DNA of 64,000 nt from Deltaproteobacteria bacterium (GCA_011526105.1 WYAZ01000034.1:1-64000); one strand, 5' to 3'. Shown: positions 29,585-38,865, counted from the first letter of the stretch. Made by a program: numbers and translations. The notes: generated by a model not told the origin, from the sequence alone.

Positions 29585-31174
29585 TCACTCCGGTTCGACC
29601 CAGGCCTCCATGGCCAGGCCTCGATTACCGCCGACCAGCAGCCGCGTTCCGTCAAAGGCGATAGAGGAGAGTCGAAGCCCGGCCCCAACCTCCAGTGCAC
29701 CGGCGCAACCATCGTCGAGACGGATCGTGAGCAGGTGTCCAACGCAGGCCTCCGCGATCAGAACGAGATAGGGCACCCCGCGAACCCTGATGTGCACGGC
29801 ATCGGGGACGTAGCCCCCGTAGGTGCGGTGTCCGCATGCGTCGACCCCTCCACAGTCGCCGGCGAACTCAGCCATCGAGTACGGAAGGTCTGCCCAGACG
29901 CCCGTGGGGAGCCTAGCTGAAATCGCGCCCAACCTCCCCACGACGAAGAGTTGTCCCGTGGCTCGGTCCACCATCTGGGCTCGGATCCGCACGAGCTCAC
30001 CGAGGAGTTCGACACTGGACTGAAGCCGTGAGCTGGCGTCGACCGACACGAGCGCGACCGCATCTTGGGGCCCGGAGATCATCAACCCGGGCAGTCCCCC
30101 CTGCACGCCCGTCACGCGCATCCGTCGCATCTCCAGATCTACGCCGATGCGCCCTGCCTGCTGATATCGGACCCCTGCTGCGGTGGCGGTGTAGACCGCG
30201 CTACGGACCCCCACCGCAACCACGGCGCGACTCGTAGGATCGAGGGCGACACCCATGAGTCCCTCCGACGTGATGGTCTCGGTCCGCACAAAGCGCAGAC
30301 CGTCCCCGTCGAGCGCAAAGCGGGCGATCTCCCCCTGCTGTATGGCGGCATCCTCCGGCGAAGTGGCGGAGACCAGAAGAAGAGGGTCTGAGGCGTGAGC
30401 GTCGTCGATCGAGAGTGAGGTCATGAGACCTGACTGCGACAGCCCGCTCATTCGATAACGCGCATCGGTGCGCAGCGGCGCCCCGCGCTCGAGGAGGTAG
30501 AGATACTTGGAGGTTCGGGCGAGCAGGCGATCACCACTCACCGGCTCGATCTGCCGGAACTCCTCGTAGACCTCGCTCGGGGAAGCGTCATCGATCAAGG
30601 ACGCTTTCACGCCGAAAGCCTGAAAGGATCCCAAAGGCGGCCCACACGAAGCGGTCTCCAAGGGGACCACGAGGGTCAGGTTCGACAGTCGGAGGCGCTC
30701 GCGGTCGTCGATGGGGGCGAGACCGTCGGCCTCGATCTTTTGGGCCGAGAAGCCAGCCGGGAGCGGAAGACGCAGGGTGCCGTCGCCGAGCCGTCCGCTG
30801 GAACACGACTCCGTTTCCGCGAGGAGTTCGAGCCCCGCGAGATCCGGCACAACATCGGACCGAAGGCTCGATAGTGAAGCCTTCGGGAGCGTGACGAGGT
30901 AGGTCGGCTGGGCGGCGGAGAGCGGCGTGCGAATCAGCACTCTGGCTTCTGAGTTCGAGTAGGGCCCTTCGATGACCGTCGTTCTCTCTTGGAACTGAAC
31001 CACGAAGGCGATCTCTTCGACCGGTGGATACGGGACGAAGACGACCGACTCGGAAGGACACGCGCATGAAAGGAGCACGCACAGCCTCCCCAGAGCGAGC
31101 TTGCATTCCCGGATCCACACAGGCGACGTCAGAGGCTCCGCACGGGTCGCTGCGACCTGCCTCAGTGCATCCAC
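29585..31174 (-). CDS. Hypothetical secreted protein / putative lipoprotein
   Basis: N-terminal hydrophobic stretch with a Cys-containing lipobox-like LSCAC. No recognisable catalytic motifs. The 5' end overlaps the stop of the upstream gene by 13 nt, so the start is uncertain. Confidence 0.45.
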   Translation of the reverse strand: MDALRQVAATRAEPLTSPVWIRECKLALGRLCVLLSCACPSESVVFVPYPPVEEIAFVVQFQERTTVIEGPYSNSEARVLIRTPLSAAQPTYLVTLPKASLSSLRSDVVPDLAGLELLAETESCSSGRLGDGTLRLPLPAGFSAQKIEADGLAPIDDRERLRLSNLTLVVPLETASCGPPLGSFQAFGVKASLIDDASPSEVYEEFRQIEPVSGDRLLARTSKYLYLLERGAPLRTDARYRMSGLSQSGLMTSLSIDDAHASDPLLLVSATSPEDAAIQQGEIARFALDGDGLRFVRTETITSEGLMGVALDPTSRAVVAVGVRSAVYTATAAGVRYQQAGRIGVDLEMRRMRVTGVQGGLPGLMISGPQDAVALVSVDASSRLQSSVELLGELVRIRAQMVDRATGQLFVVGRLGAISARLPTGVWADLPYSMAEFAGDCGGVDACGHRTYGGYVPDAVHIRVRGVPYLVLIAEACVGHLLTIRLDDGCAGALEVGAGLRLSSIAFDGTRLLVGGNRGLAMEAWVEPE

Positions 31175-32748
31175 TTCGACCTCGGGTGTCGCCGCCGGCC
31201 GACGAGGACCGCAGCGACAAACAGGAGCAGCCCTGGACTGAACGAGGTCCTTGCGCGGGTGGCGCCACAGCCGCAGCCCGATGTGAGCGCCTCACCTCCC
31301 GCGTCCGCCGCCAGCCCGGCGTCGGTCGTTGCGGCATCCATCGCAGCTCGATCATCGCGCCCGGCATCGGCGACGACCCCGCCATCGGCATGGTCGGCAT
31401 CGGCCTCACCGAAGTCTGCCGAACCTGCGTCGATGAGTCCCGCGTCCGGAAGCGGCGGAACCGACGTCCCGGTCGGCTTGAAGTCGGGCTCGATCATCCA
31501 CCCGGGCGCAGCGCCCGCGACAAAAGCGTACGCACCGATGTCCGCGACGCCATTGCGCGGGCGGCGGTCAAAGTCGTCGAGCGGTAAGTGAGTCGCCGCT
31601 CCGGCGGCTACGAGAGCACCGCCCTCGGCGGGATAGAGGTTGATGGGTGGCTGTCCCAAGTAGTGGCCTTGAACCAGATCCGCTAGGCTCGCGTTCGCGA
31701 AGCCGCTCGGCGCCGCACCGACGCCCGCGTTTCCCGCGAGGGTGATCATGCCCGGCGATCCCCCGGACACAAAGATCGCACGGCCATTCTCCGCGTAGAG
31801 CGCGTTGTTGGCCACGACCACCGTCCCGGTGTTGCCACGGATGCTGATCGCATCATTCGTGGAGGTCAAAATGGTGTTGTTCACCACGACGAGATTGGCA
31901 GGTGCCCCAGCCTGGTGCGGCTGCATCGCGATCCCGTCCGAGCCCGCGGAGAGGATGAGGTTGTTGCGAATGATCGCGTCCGCGGAAGACTGCACCCCGT
32001 GATCCCCGCAGTGCCAGAGCACGTTTCGCTCGATGATGTTCGGTCCACCGTTGCCCGCCGCGCTGTAGGTGAGGATGCAGGGGTAGTTGGTGTCATGGAT
32101 GACGTTGTCTCGGATGACGTTGTCGAAGCTGCCTTCCTTGAGTTCGATGCCATCCCCTTGCTCCACCCCTGCCGCGTTGGTGTGATGCACGTAGTTTCCT
32201 TCGATCACGCTGTCGCGGAGTCGGCAGCCATCGTTATTGCAGCCGAGGTACATGCCTTCGCCCGTGCCGCCGGTGTCGTGGATGTGATTGCGACGGATGA
32301 CGAGCGACTGGTAGACCGTGCCGGTGTCGTTGGCGCGCAGCGCCACGTCGGCAGTGTCGTGGATCTCGCAGTCTTCGATGGTGAGATAGCGAGCGGACAT
32401 GATCCGGATGCCGGCGGAACCACCGGAGAACTCGATGCCGCGCAGCTCGAGATACTCGCCGTTCTCAATCTCGACGATGTTGTGATCTGCGTTGGGCCGA
32501 TCGAGACGCGGTCGCTCTCCGGTCTTGGCGCGAATGACGATCGGCCGAGCGGCGGTCCCGACGAGATCGATGGCAAGCCTTCCCGCCAGGGTATAGGTGC
32601 CGCCGCGCAGCACCAGCTCGTCGCCGGGTTCCAGCGCCGCGATGGCCGCGCGCAGGTCGTCGCCGGGTCCAATCTCGGAACCGGCCGCCCAAACCGCGCC
32701 GGTCCAGGCAAACGAGAGCAAGAAGAAGAAGAAGAAGAAGCTTCGCAT
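31162..32748 (-). CDS. Secreted right-handed parallel beta-helix repeat protein with a C-terminal MYXO-CTERM-like sorting domain
   Basis: Signal peptide MRSFFFFFFLLSFAWTGAVWA. Repeated N/D/H-rich beta-helix rungs (IRRNHIHDTGG, VIEGNYVHHTN, IRDNVIHDTN, IIERNVLWHCGD, IIRNNLILS, VVVNNTILTS, VVANNALY). The C-terminus SGCGCGATRARTSFSPGLLLFVAAVLVGRRRHPRSK (Cys motif, TM, basic tail) resembles MYXO-CTERM. Confidence 0.75.
   Translation of the reverse strand: MRSFFFFFFLLSFAWTGAVWAAGSEIGPGDDLRAAIAALEPGDELVLRGGTYTLAGRLAIDLVGTAARPIVIRAKTGERPRLDRPNADHNIVEIENGEYLELRGIEFSGGSAGIRIMSARYLTIEDCEIHDTADVALRANDTGTVYQSLVIRRNHIHDTGGTGEGMYLGCNNDGCRLRDSVIEGNYVHHTNAAGVEQGDGIELKEGSFDNVIRDNVIHDTNYPCILTYSAAGNGGPNIIERNVLWHCGDHGVQSSADAIIRNNLILSAGSDGIAMQPHQAGAPANLVVVNNTILTSTNDAISIRGNTGTVVVANNALYAENGRAIFVSGGSPGMITLAGNAGVGAAPSGFANASLADLVQGHYLGQPPINLYPAEGGALVAAGAATHLPLDDFDRRPRNGVADIGAYAFVAGAAPGWMIEPDFKPTGTSVPPLPDAGLIDAGSADFGEADADHADGGVVADAGRDDRAAMDAATTDAGLAADAGGEALTSGCGCGATRARTSFSPGLLLFVAAVLVGRRRHPRSKWMH
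32720..32740. repeat. (AAG)7 trinucleotide microsatellite inside the signal-peptide coding region (encodes the poly-Phe FFFFFF on the minus strand)
   Basis: Read directly: aagaagaagaagaagaagaag at 32720-32740. Confidence 0.7.
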
Positions 32749-32884
32749 GACGCAGAATCTACACCAGCCCTCACTGTGGCGAGCAAGCGACCTCGGGTGG
32801 AATGCCCACCAGGTCGAGCCCGCCCAGACGAAATGCAGACCGCGCGCCGGTGTACTTCGAGATCGCTTGTGCTATCCGAAGCGC

Positions 32885-33760
32885 ATGGAGCTGGGCACGC
32901 GAGCCAAACCGGCATGGCGCGGTGCCGGGGTGTACGCGGCGGCTCTCTTGCCTTGCCTCGTCGCCGGCGTCCTTCGTGGGGGCCTGCCCCTCATCGCCCT
33001 CACGACGCTCGTGTCCGTGCTGACCGCGTTCCTCTTTGCGAAGCTGAGCAGCCGGCCTCGAATCCCCGGCGCTGGGCTGGCTGGGTTAATCTTCGCACTC
33101 ACGCTGCCGTCCGATACCCCGCTGCTGCAGGCCGCGGCCTCCATGGTGTTCGGACTCGTTGTCGCTCGCGAGATCTTCGGCAAAGTCGAGCGCAGCTTCG
33201 TCCACCCAGCCGTGCTCGCGCACGTGTTCCTGAGCCTCACCTGGCCGGGCGCACTCGCATCCGCGGCCCGATGGCTCCCACCGGACGGAGTCGTGCTCAC
33301 TCCCACGCTCGAGTCCATGCTGTTCACCTCGGCGGGCGGCGCCCTCGGCAACGCCTCCGCCCTCGCCTGCTTCATCGGCGCGGCAATCCTCCTCGTCTCG
33401 CGTCTCATCTCGTGGCGAGTGCTCGCGTCCATCCCCATCGGCGTGGCGGCCGGCATTGGACTCCTCGGACATCCGAGCGCCGCAGGACCGCTCTTCGTGT
33501 CGTCGCATCTTTTGCTGGGGGGTGCGCTGTTCGCGAGCGTGTTCCTCGCCGCTGACCCAGACAGCTCGCCGCGGGACCGCTCGGCGCAATGGTTCCACGG
33601 CTTCTTGGTGGGATTTCTCATCCTGCTTTTCCGAGTCACCGATCCATCCAGCCCCGACGGAGTCATCCCCGCGATCCTCATCGCGAGTGTGTTTGCGCCC
33701 CTGTTCGATCGAGCCGCGGTCGCCGGCCGGCGCGGCGTCGCCGGGGTGAGCCATGTCTGA
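32885..33760 (+). CDS. nqrB: Na+-translocating NADH:quinone oxidoreductase subunit B-like (NqrB/RnfD family); short form
   Basis: Homology blocks LIFALTLPSDTPLLQAAASMVFGLVVAREIFG, LAADPDSSP, LIASVFAPLFD match NqrB/RnfD. Only about 291 aa from the ATG at 32885 (an upstream in-frame TTG at 32867 is possible). The stop overlaps the nqrC start (ATGTCTGA). Confidence 0.75.
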   Translation: MELGTRAKPAWRGAGVYAAALLPCLVAGVLRGGLPLIALTTLVSVLTAFLFAKLSSRPRIPGAGLAGLIFALTLPSDTPLLQAAASMVFGLVVAREIFGKVERSFVHPAVLAHVFLSLTWPGALASAARWLPPDGVVLTPTLESMLFTSAGGALGNASALACFIGAAILLVSRLISWRVLASIPIGVAAGIGLLGHPSAAGPLFVSSHLLLGGALFASVFLAADPDSSPRDRSAQWFHGFLVGFLILLFRVTDPSSPDGVIPAILIASVFAPLFDRAAVAGRRGVAGVSHV

Positions 33761-34577
33761 GCACGCCACCACCGGCGCTTCAGGACGCGGTCCGCCGTCT
33801 CCGCGCAGCACGACCCTCCGCACGATCACGGTGACGCTCTTCGTGTGTCTCGCGTGTTCAATGCTGGTCTCCATCTCGACCGTGGTTCTGCGGCCCATCC
33901 AACGCGAGAACCAGAGACAGGCGCGCGAAGCTCAGATCGCCGCGATTTTGACCCGCGAGCCTGCGCTCCGCGAGTTGCTGGGCGACGTGAACACCGCCAC
34001 CCTCGAATCGCGCGTCGTCGAGCTCGTATCGGGGACGATCATGGAAGACATGGACGCCGCCGCGCTCGATCCGGTCCGCTCGGCGCGAGAGCCCGAATCG
34101 AGCCGAGAGCTCCCGGCCGAACGCGACCTTGCGCGCATCCAGCGCCAAGCGCGACACGTGGCCGTCACCTTCGTTCGACGCGAGGGGACGCTGCACGCCA
34201 TCGTGGTGCCAATCTACGGGCGCGGCTACGGCTCGATCATCCGAGGCTCGCTCGCGCTCGCGGGTGACGCCAACACGATCATCGGCCTCGCGATCAGCGA
34301 ACACGGTGAGACGCCGGGCATCGGCAGCGAGATCACCGAGCCCGAGTGGACCGGACTCTGGCCGGGCAAGAAGCTTCGAGACGACAAGGGCCAGCTGCGG
34401 ATTCACGTCGCACTCGATGAGACCAGCGCCGCAGCCGACGACGCCGAGTTTCACGTCGATGGCATCAGCGGCGCCACCAAGAGCTGCGACGGCGTAGGCA
34501 ACATGGTTCGGTTCTGGGTTGGCGAGGATGGGTTCGGACCGTTCTTAGGCCGCGTGGGAGGCGGAGAGATCCGATGA
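33753..34577 (+). CDS. nqrC: NADH:quinone oxidoreductase subunit C (FMN-binding)
   Basis: N-terminal TM. The FMN-attachment motif DGISGATKS (SGAT) is present. Confidence 0.8.
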   Translation: MSEHATTGASGRGPPSPRSTTLRTITVTLFVCLACSMLVSISTVVLRPIQRENQRQAREAQIAAILTREPALRELLGDVNTATLESRVVELVSGTIMEDMDAAALDPVRSAREPESSRELPAERDLARIQRQARHVAVTFVRREGTLHAIVVPIYGRGYGSIIRGSLALAGDANTIIGLAISEHGETPGIGSEITEPEWTGLWPGKKLRDDKGQLRIHVALDETSAAADDAEFHVDGISGATKSCDGVGNMVRFWVGEDGFGPFLGRVGGGEIR

Positions 34578-35197
34578 GTCGCTTCATCCAGACCCTCACG
34601 AGGCCCGTCCTCGAAGACAACCCCATCACAGTGCAGCTGCTGGGGCTCTGCTCCGCCCTCGCGGTCACCAAGAGCCTCGAGACCGCTTTCGCCATGAGCG
34701 CGGCGGTCGCCGCGGTGCTGGTGGGCAGCAACGCCGTCATCAGCCTGCTCCGAGGAGTCATCCCGCACCCCACGCGCCTCGTCGTCCAGATCACGATCAT
34801 CGCCTCGATGGTGATCGTCACCGACCAGCTCATCGCGGCCTTTGCCCCCGAGCTCAGCCGCCAGCTCTCCATCTTCGTGAGCCTCATCATCACGAACTGC
34901 ATCATCCTCGGGCGCGCCGAGGCCTTTGCGATGACGCATGGCGTGACCGAGAGCATCGCCGACGCCCTCGGCAATGCGCTCGGCTATCTCCTGCTCCTGA
35001 CTTGTGTCGGGGCCATCCGTGAGCTGCTGGGCCGGGGCGCGCTCTTCGGGCATCAGCTTCTGCCTTTGGCTCGAGAGGGCGGCTGGTTTCAGCCGCTCGA
35101 GATCTTGCACCTGCCCCCGGCCGGCTTCTTCCTCATCGCGCTCTTCATCGGCCTGTCGAGTGTCCTGCGGAATCGCAGCGCAAAGGCGGCGCCATGA
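34574..35197 (+). CDS. nqrD: NADH:quinone oxidoreductase subunit D
   Basis: Strong similarity to NqrD (LEDNPITVQLLGLCSALAVT...IITNCIILGRAEAFAM...). 4-nt overlap with nqrC. Confidence 0.85.
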   Translation: MSRFIQTLTRPVLEDNPITVQLLGLCSALAVTKSLETAFAMSAAVAAVLVGSNAVISLLRGVIPHPTRLVVQITIIASMVIVTDQLIAAFAPELSRQLSIFVSLIITNCIILGRAEAFAMTHGVTESIADALGNALGYLLLLTCVGAIRELLGRGALFGHQLLPLAREGGWFQPLEILHLPPAGFFLIALFIGLSSVLRNRSAKAAP

Positions 35198-35808
35198 TGA
35201 CGCTCTTCCTCGAGGCGGTGTTCGTCGAGAACCTCGCGCTCGCCTTCTTCCTCGGGATCTGCACGCTGCTCGGAGGCTCACGCCGGCTTTCCACCGCAGT
35301 CGGGCTGGGCATCGCGATCACGGTGGTCATGACCATCACGCTCCCGATCAACCACCTCATCCATCGCTTCCTTCTCGCGCCGGGCGCCTGGGCGTGGGCC
35401 GGCATGGCCGAGCTTGACCTCAGTCATCTGTCGCTCATCTGCTTCATCGGATCGATCGCCGCGATGGTGCAGATCCTCGAGATGGTCCTCGATCGCTTCT
35501 TTCCCGCCCTCGCCCGCGGCCTCGGGATCTTCTTGCCGCTCATCACGGTCAACTGCGCCATCCTCGGCGGCTCACTGTTCATGGTCGACCGGCACTACGA
35601 CCTCGGCCAAACGGTCGTGTATGCGGTCGGCAGCGGGGTCGGATGGGCCCTCGCGGTGGCCGCACTCGCCGCGATCCGTGAACGGGTCGACGGTGAGCAT
35701 CTCCCGGAGGGCTCGGCCTCGGATTCTGCCAGCCAGGCCCTCGTGTTTGCGGTGATTGGCATCATGTCGACGGCCTACATGGCCTTCTCCGGGGTGCGTC
35801 TGCCATGA
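35194..35808 (+). CDS. nqrE: NADH:quinone oxidoreductase subunit E
   Basis: FVENLALAFFLGICTLL...LPLITVNCAILGGSLF is NqrE/RnfA-like. 4-nt overlap on each side. Confidence 0.85.
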   Translation: MMTLFLEAVFVENLALAFFLGICTLLGGSRRLSTAVGLGIAITVVMTITLPINHLIHRFLLAPGAWAWAGMAELDLSHLSLICFIGSIAAMVQILEMVLDRFFPALARGLGIFLPLITVNCAILGGSLFMVDRHYDLGQTVVYAVGSGVGWALAVAALAAIRERVDGEHLPEGSASDSASQALVFAVIGIMSTAYMAFSGVRLP

Positions 35809-37028
35809 CCGAGGTCGTCATGACCGTGGTCCTCTTCAACGGGATCATCTTGGTGTTCACCGCGTTGATCCTGATCGCGCGCGCGCTCGTGGTGGGCACC
35901 GGCACCGCCCGGATCACGATCGACGGACGCGAGCCCTTCGAGACCGAGCTCGGACGCAAGCTCCACAACGTGCTCATGGATGCCGGCATCCCCATCGCCG
36001 CCGCCTGCGGCGGAAAGGGCACCTGCGGCTTGTGTCGCGTGCGAGTCAGCGGTGTGCTCGACCCGCCCCTGGCCACCGAGCTGGCGATCCTCGACGAACA
36101 CGCGCTCGCCCGAGGCCTTCGCCTCTCGTGCCAGATCACGACCCGCGGCGATCTCGAGGTCGGACTGCCCGAGGGCCTGCCCACCCACCAGGAGCTCGAG
36201 TGCCGCGTGCGTTCGTCGCGCAACCTGACCCCGCTCATCAAAGAGATCGTGCTCGAGCTCCCCGAGGGCGCCTCCTTCCAGTTTCGCGCCGGGAGCTTCG
36301 TCCAGATCAACTGCCCGCCGCATCAAACCGTCCTTGGACGAGTGCCGGTCGACGAGTCGTGCCGCGCCGCCTGGGATGCGCTGGGGATCGATCACCTCGT
36401 CGCGAACTGCCCGCAGCCCACGAGCCGCGCCTACTCGATGGCGAATCACCCGGGTGAGGGGCACTTCATCATGTTGCTGGTTCGCCTCGCGCTGCCCCCG
36501 CCGGGCGTGCCACCAAACACGCCGCCCGGCCTCGTCTCGAGCTATCTGTTCAGCCTCGAACCAGGCCGAACCGTGCGGCTCAGCGGACCCTTCGGCCACT
36601 TCGTCGCGACCGACACCGACAAGGAGATGATCTTCGTGGGCGGCGGCGTGGGCATGGCCCCCATGCGGGCCCACGTCTTCGAGCAGCTCGAGTTTCTCCA
36701 TAGCCAGCGAAAGATCAGCTTCTGGTACGGAGCCCGCTCGGAACGCGAGCTGATCTACGCGGAAGAGTTCGAGGCCCTCGCGAAGAAACACCCCAACTTC
36801 ACATGGTCCGTCGCGCTGTCGGAGCCCAGCCCCGACGACGAATGGCACGGCGCAGTCGGCTTCATCCACGATCACCTGCACCGCTCCTATCTCGCGGGCC
36901 ATGCGGCACCGTCGGACTGTGAGTACTATCTATGCGGACCGCCTTTGATGGTGCGCGCGGTGGTGGCGATGCTCGAGCGCTTGGGCGTGAGCCGAAGCTC
37001 GGTGTTCTATGATGACTTTGGCGGCTGA
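35805..37028 (+). CDS. nqrF: NADH:quinone oxidoreductase subunit F (2Fe-2S ferredoxin + FAD/NAD(P)-binding reductase)
   Basis: N-terminal TM. Ferredoxin Cys cluster CGGKGTCGLCRV...C, RAYSMAN (FAD) and GGGVGMAPMRAH (NAD) motifs. This subunit is diagnostic of Nqr as opposed to Rnf. Confidence 0.85.
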   Translation: MTEVVMTVVLFNGIILVFTALILIARALVVGTGTARITIDGREPFETELGRKLHNVLMDAGIPIAAACGGKGTCGLCRVRVSGVLDPPLATELAILDEHALARGLRLSCQITTRGDLEVGLPEGLPTHQELECRVRSSRNLTPLIKEIVLELPEGASFQFRAGSFVQINCPPHQTVLGRVPVDESCRAAWDALGIDHLVANCPQPTSRAYSMANHPGEGHFIMLLVRLALPPPGVPPNTPPGLVSSYLFSLEPGRTVRLSGPFGHFVATDTDKEMIFVGGGVGMAPMRAHVFEQLEFLHSQRKISFWYGARSERELIYAEEFEALAKKHPNFTWSVALSEPSPDDEWHGAVGFIHDHLHRSYLAGHAAPSDCEYYLCGPPLMVRAVVAMLERLGVSRSSVFYDDFGG

Positions 37029-37049
37029 GGCCCAAGGAGCAGAAGACTC

Positions 37050-37445
37050 ATGATCCAAACGGCGCGCGTAGAGGAGTTCATGGCGAGAGAGCTCGTGGTG
37101 GTCAGGCCCAACACGGAGATCCACGAAGCGGTCGCACTCATGCTCGATCGGCGCGTCTCCGGACTGCCGGTCGTGGACGAGGGCGGTCACCTCGTCGGCA
37201 TCCTGACCGAGCAAGACTGTTTGAGAGTCGCCTTTCAGAGCCACTATCATCAGGCGCCGGCGGGCACGGTGGCGAACGCCATGACCTCGAATCCCACGAC
37301 CATCGATGCCCAAGACGACATCATGACCGCGATCGACGTCTTCCTTCGGGCCTCGTTTCGGAGACTCCCGGTGCTCGCCGGGGGCACGCTGGTCGGCGTG
37401 CTCAGCCGCCGCGATGCGCTCCGGGTGCTCAGGACGCAGGCTTGA
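37050..37445 (+). CDS. CBS-pair domain protein
   Basis: Two CBS motifs (GLPVVDEGGHLVGILTEQD and RLPVLAGGTLVGVLSRRD). Confidence 0.75.
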   Translation: MIQTARVEEFMARELVVVRPNTEIHEAVALMLDRRVSGLPVVDEGGHLVGILTEQDCLRVAFQSHYHQAPAGTVANAMTSNPTTIDAQDDIMTAIDVFLRASFRRLPVLAGGTLVGVLSRRDALRVLRTQA

Positions 37446-37761
37446 GGGACATGAGCCACTTCGAGAGCGCGTTCAACTCGGCTTCTTCGCCCCGAAACTT
37501 CGGCGGATGCAGCTTGTCCTCGAGCTTCTCTTTCTTCTCGAGATAACGAACGAGCCAATCGAGCTTTCGCTTCGTCGAGAGTCCAGAGAGATCCGAGATC
37601 TTCATCTCGGCGCTGTCCTTCTGGAGCGCCACGATGCCTTCGCTCTTGATGCTGTGGCAGACGTTGCACTTCTTCGCGAGGAAGACCTTCTTCCCGTCTG
37701 GCTCTTCGCCCGCCGCGGCCAACGAGAGGGAGAGGCTGAGAATGTGGCTCAAAAGGGTCAT
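37429..37761 (-). CDS. Small secreted mono-haem c-type cytochrome
   Basis: The ORF is trimmed to the ATG at 37759-37761 (MTLLSHILSLSLSLAAAGEE signal). A single CxxCH motif (CNVCH). Overlaps the 3' end of the CBS gene convergently by 17 nt. Confidence 0.6.
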   Translation of the reverse strand: MTLLSHILSLSLSLAAAGEEPDGKKVFLAKKCNVCHSIKSEGIVALQKDSAEMKISDLSGLSTKRKLDWLVRYLEKKEKLEDKLHPPKFRGEEAELNALSKWLMSLKPAS

Positions 37762-37944
37762 CGCTCGCTCCGATCCGGGCCTCGTTCGGCCCGAGCTGTT
37801 CGTCCTCACCGCGACGCGCGATTGAGACGGTACTTCGTCGAACTATCTTTCGGGGGGATCGTAGGCAAGCCGAACCGAAAAAGGGATACCCGTCAGACCC
37901 CGCGAGATTTGCCGCCGTCCGCACGTTCCGGCATCATTCGCGCG

Positions 37945-38865
37945 GTGGTGCCGTTCGCCGCATCCTGGGTCGTCGCTGCGATCGCCGCATCGAGCCCCGC
38001 GGACACTGGCACCCCGATCATCATCTTGCTGCCCGCCGAGAGCCAGACGGCTTCGGTTGCGGCGGCCTATCTCCAGAACGAGCTCGAGCTCGTGCTTCAG
38101 CTCGAGACCGCGTCTTTGGATGAACCTCGAGCGCTGCTGGCGCGGGCGCGCTCGAAGTGGCCCTCGGCCCTGATCGTGCTTCTGCACCCGGACCGCAACG
38201 AGACCTGGATGTCTCGCCCGCATGAGGCGGAGCCGGTGGTGCGCCGCCTCAATCATCCGCCCGGGAGCTCCGCGTATCCCCTCGCGATCGCGGCCGCGGA
38301 GCTCGTTCGAAACGCCACCGCGCCCAAACCCTTGCCGCCCAAACCCGAGCTGGAGCTCGCGTTCTCGGTGGGGCTCGGCATCTCGGGGTCTCCGGGCGTC
38401 GAGCGAACCTTGGCGCAGCCGGTCTTCGGTCTGGAGTTGCGCCTCGGAACGCACGGGCTTTGGAGCTCGGTCGGGCTCCGGGTCCGCGGGCCTTCTTCCT
38501 CGAACACCGACGTCGGCGGCAACATCTTCGTGGACTACAGCCGCACCGACCTCGCGCTGCAGCTCGGCTTCGGTCCAGAGCTCGACCGCTGGCACCTCGC
38601 CCTGCTCGTCGAGGCCGGACTGAGCGTGGTCTCGGTCGATGCGCAGCGGGGGGCCGAACTTCTCGGCTCGAACCGCCGTCTGCCCTTCTGGCTCGGCTTG
38701 GGCGCGCAGATACGCCGGCCGCTCTTCTCAGGCTTGGGTGCGGTGGTGTGTGTGGAGCTGATCCGCGTGCTCAGCCCAGCGGACTTTCGCGGCGGGCCGG
38801 ACATCGTCTTTTCGGAGGGGGATTGGCGACTTCAGTCGCAAGCGGCCCTGGAGTGGGTGCTGTGA
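37945..38865 (+). CDS. Hypothetical secreted protein (beta-rich)
   Basis: The long ORF 37414..38865 is antisense to the cytochrome gene at its 5' end. In-frame GTGs at 37945 and 37948 give VVPFAASWVVAAIAASSPADTG (signal-like). The start is uncertain. Confidence 0.4.
   Translation: MVPFAASWVVAAIAASSPADTGTPIIILLPAESQTASVAAAYLQNELELVLQLETASLDEPRALLARARSKWPSALIVLLHPDRNETWMSRPHEAEPVVRRLNHPPGSSAYPLAIAAAELVRNATAPKPLPPKPELELAFSVGLGISGSPGVERTLAQPVFGLELRLGTHGLWSSVGLRVRGPSSSNTDVGGNIFVDYSRTDLALQLGFGPELDRWHLALLVEAGLSVVSVDAQRGAELLGSNRRLPFWLGLGAQIRRPLFSGLGAVVCVELIRVLSPADFRGGPDIVFSEGDWRLQSQAALEWVL

Noticed and set aside
32749-32884. Possible missing nqrA upstream of nqrB
   Set aside because: Only 136 nt separate the divergent exoprotein gene from nqrB, so no room for a roughly 450-aa NqrA. 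It is treated as absent from this locus, not as a missed feature
31915-33555. 546-aa plus-strand ORF antisense to the beta-helix gene, and minus-strand ORFs across nqr (33086..33898, 34451..35281, 35775..36902)
   Set aside because: Antisense artefacts. The Nqr subunits and the beta-helix protein are clearly on the opposite strands
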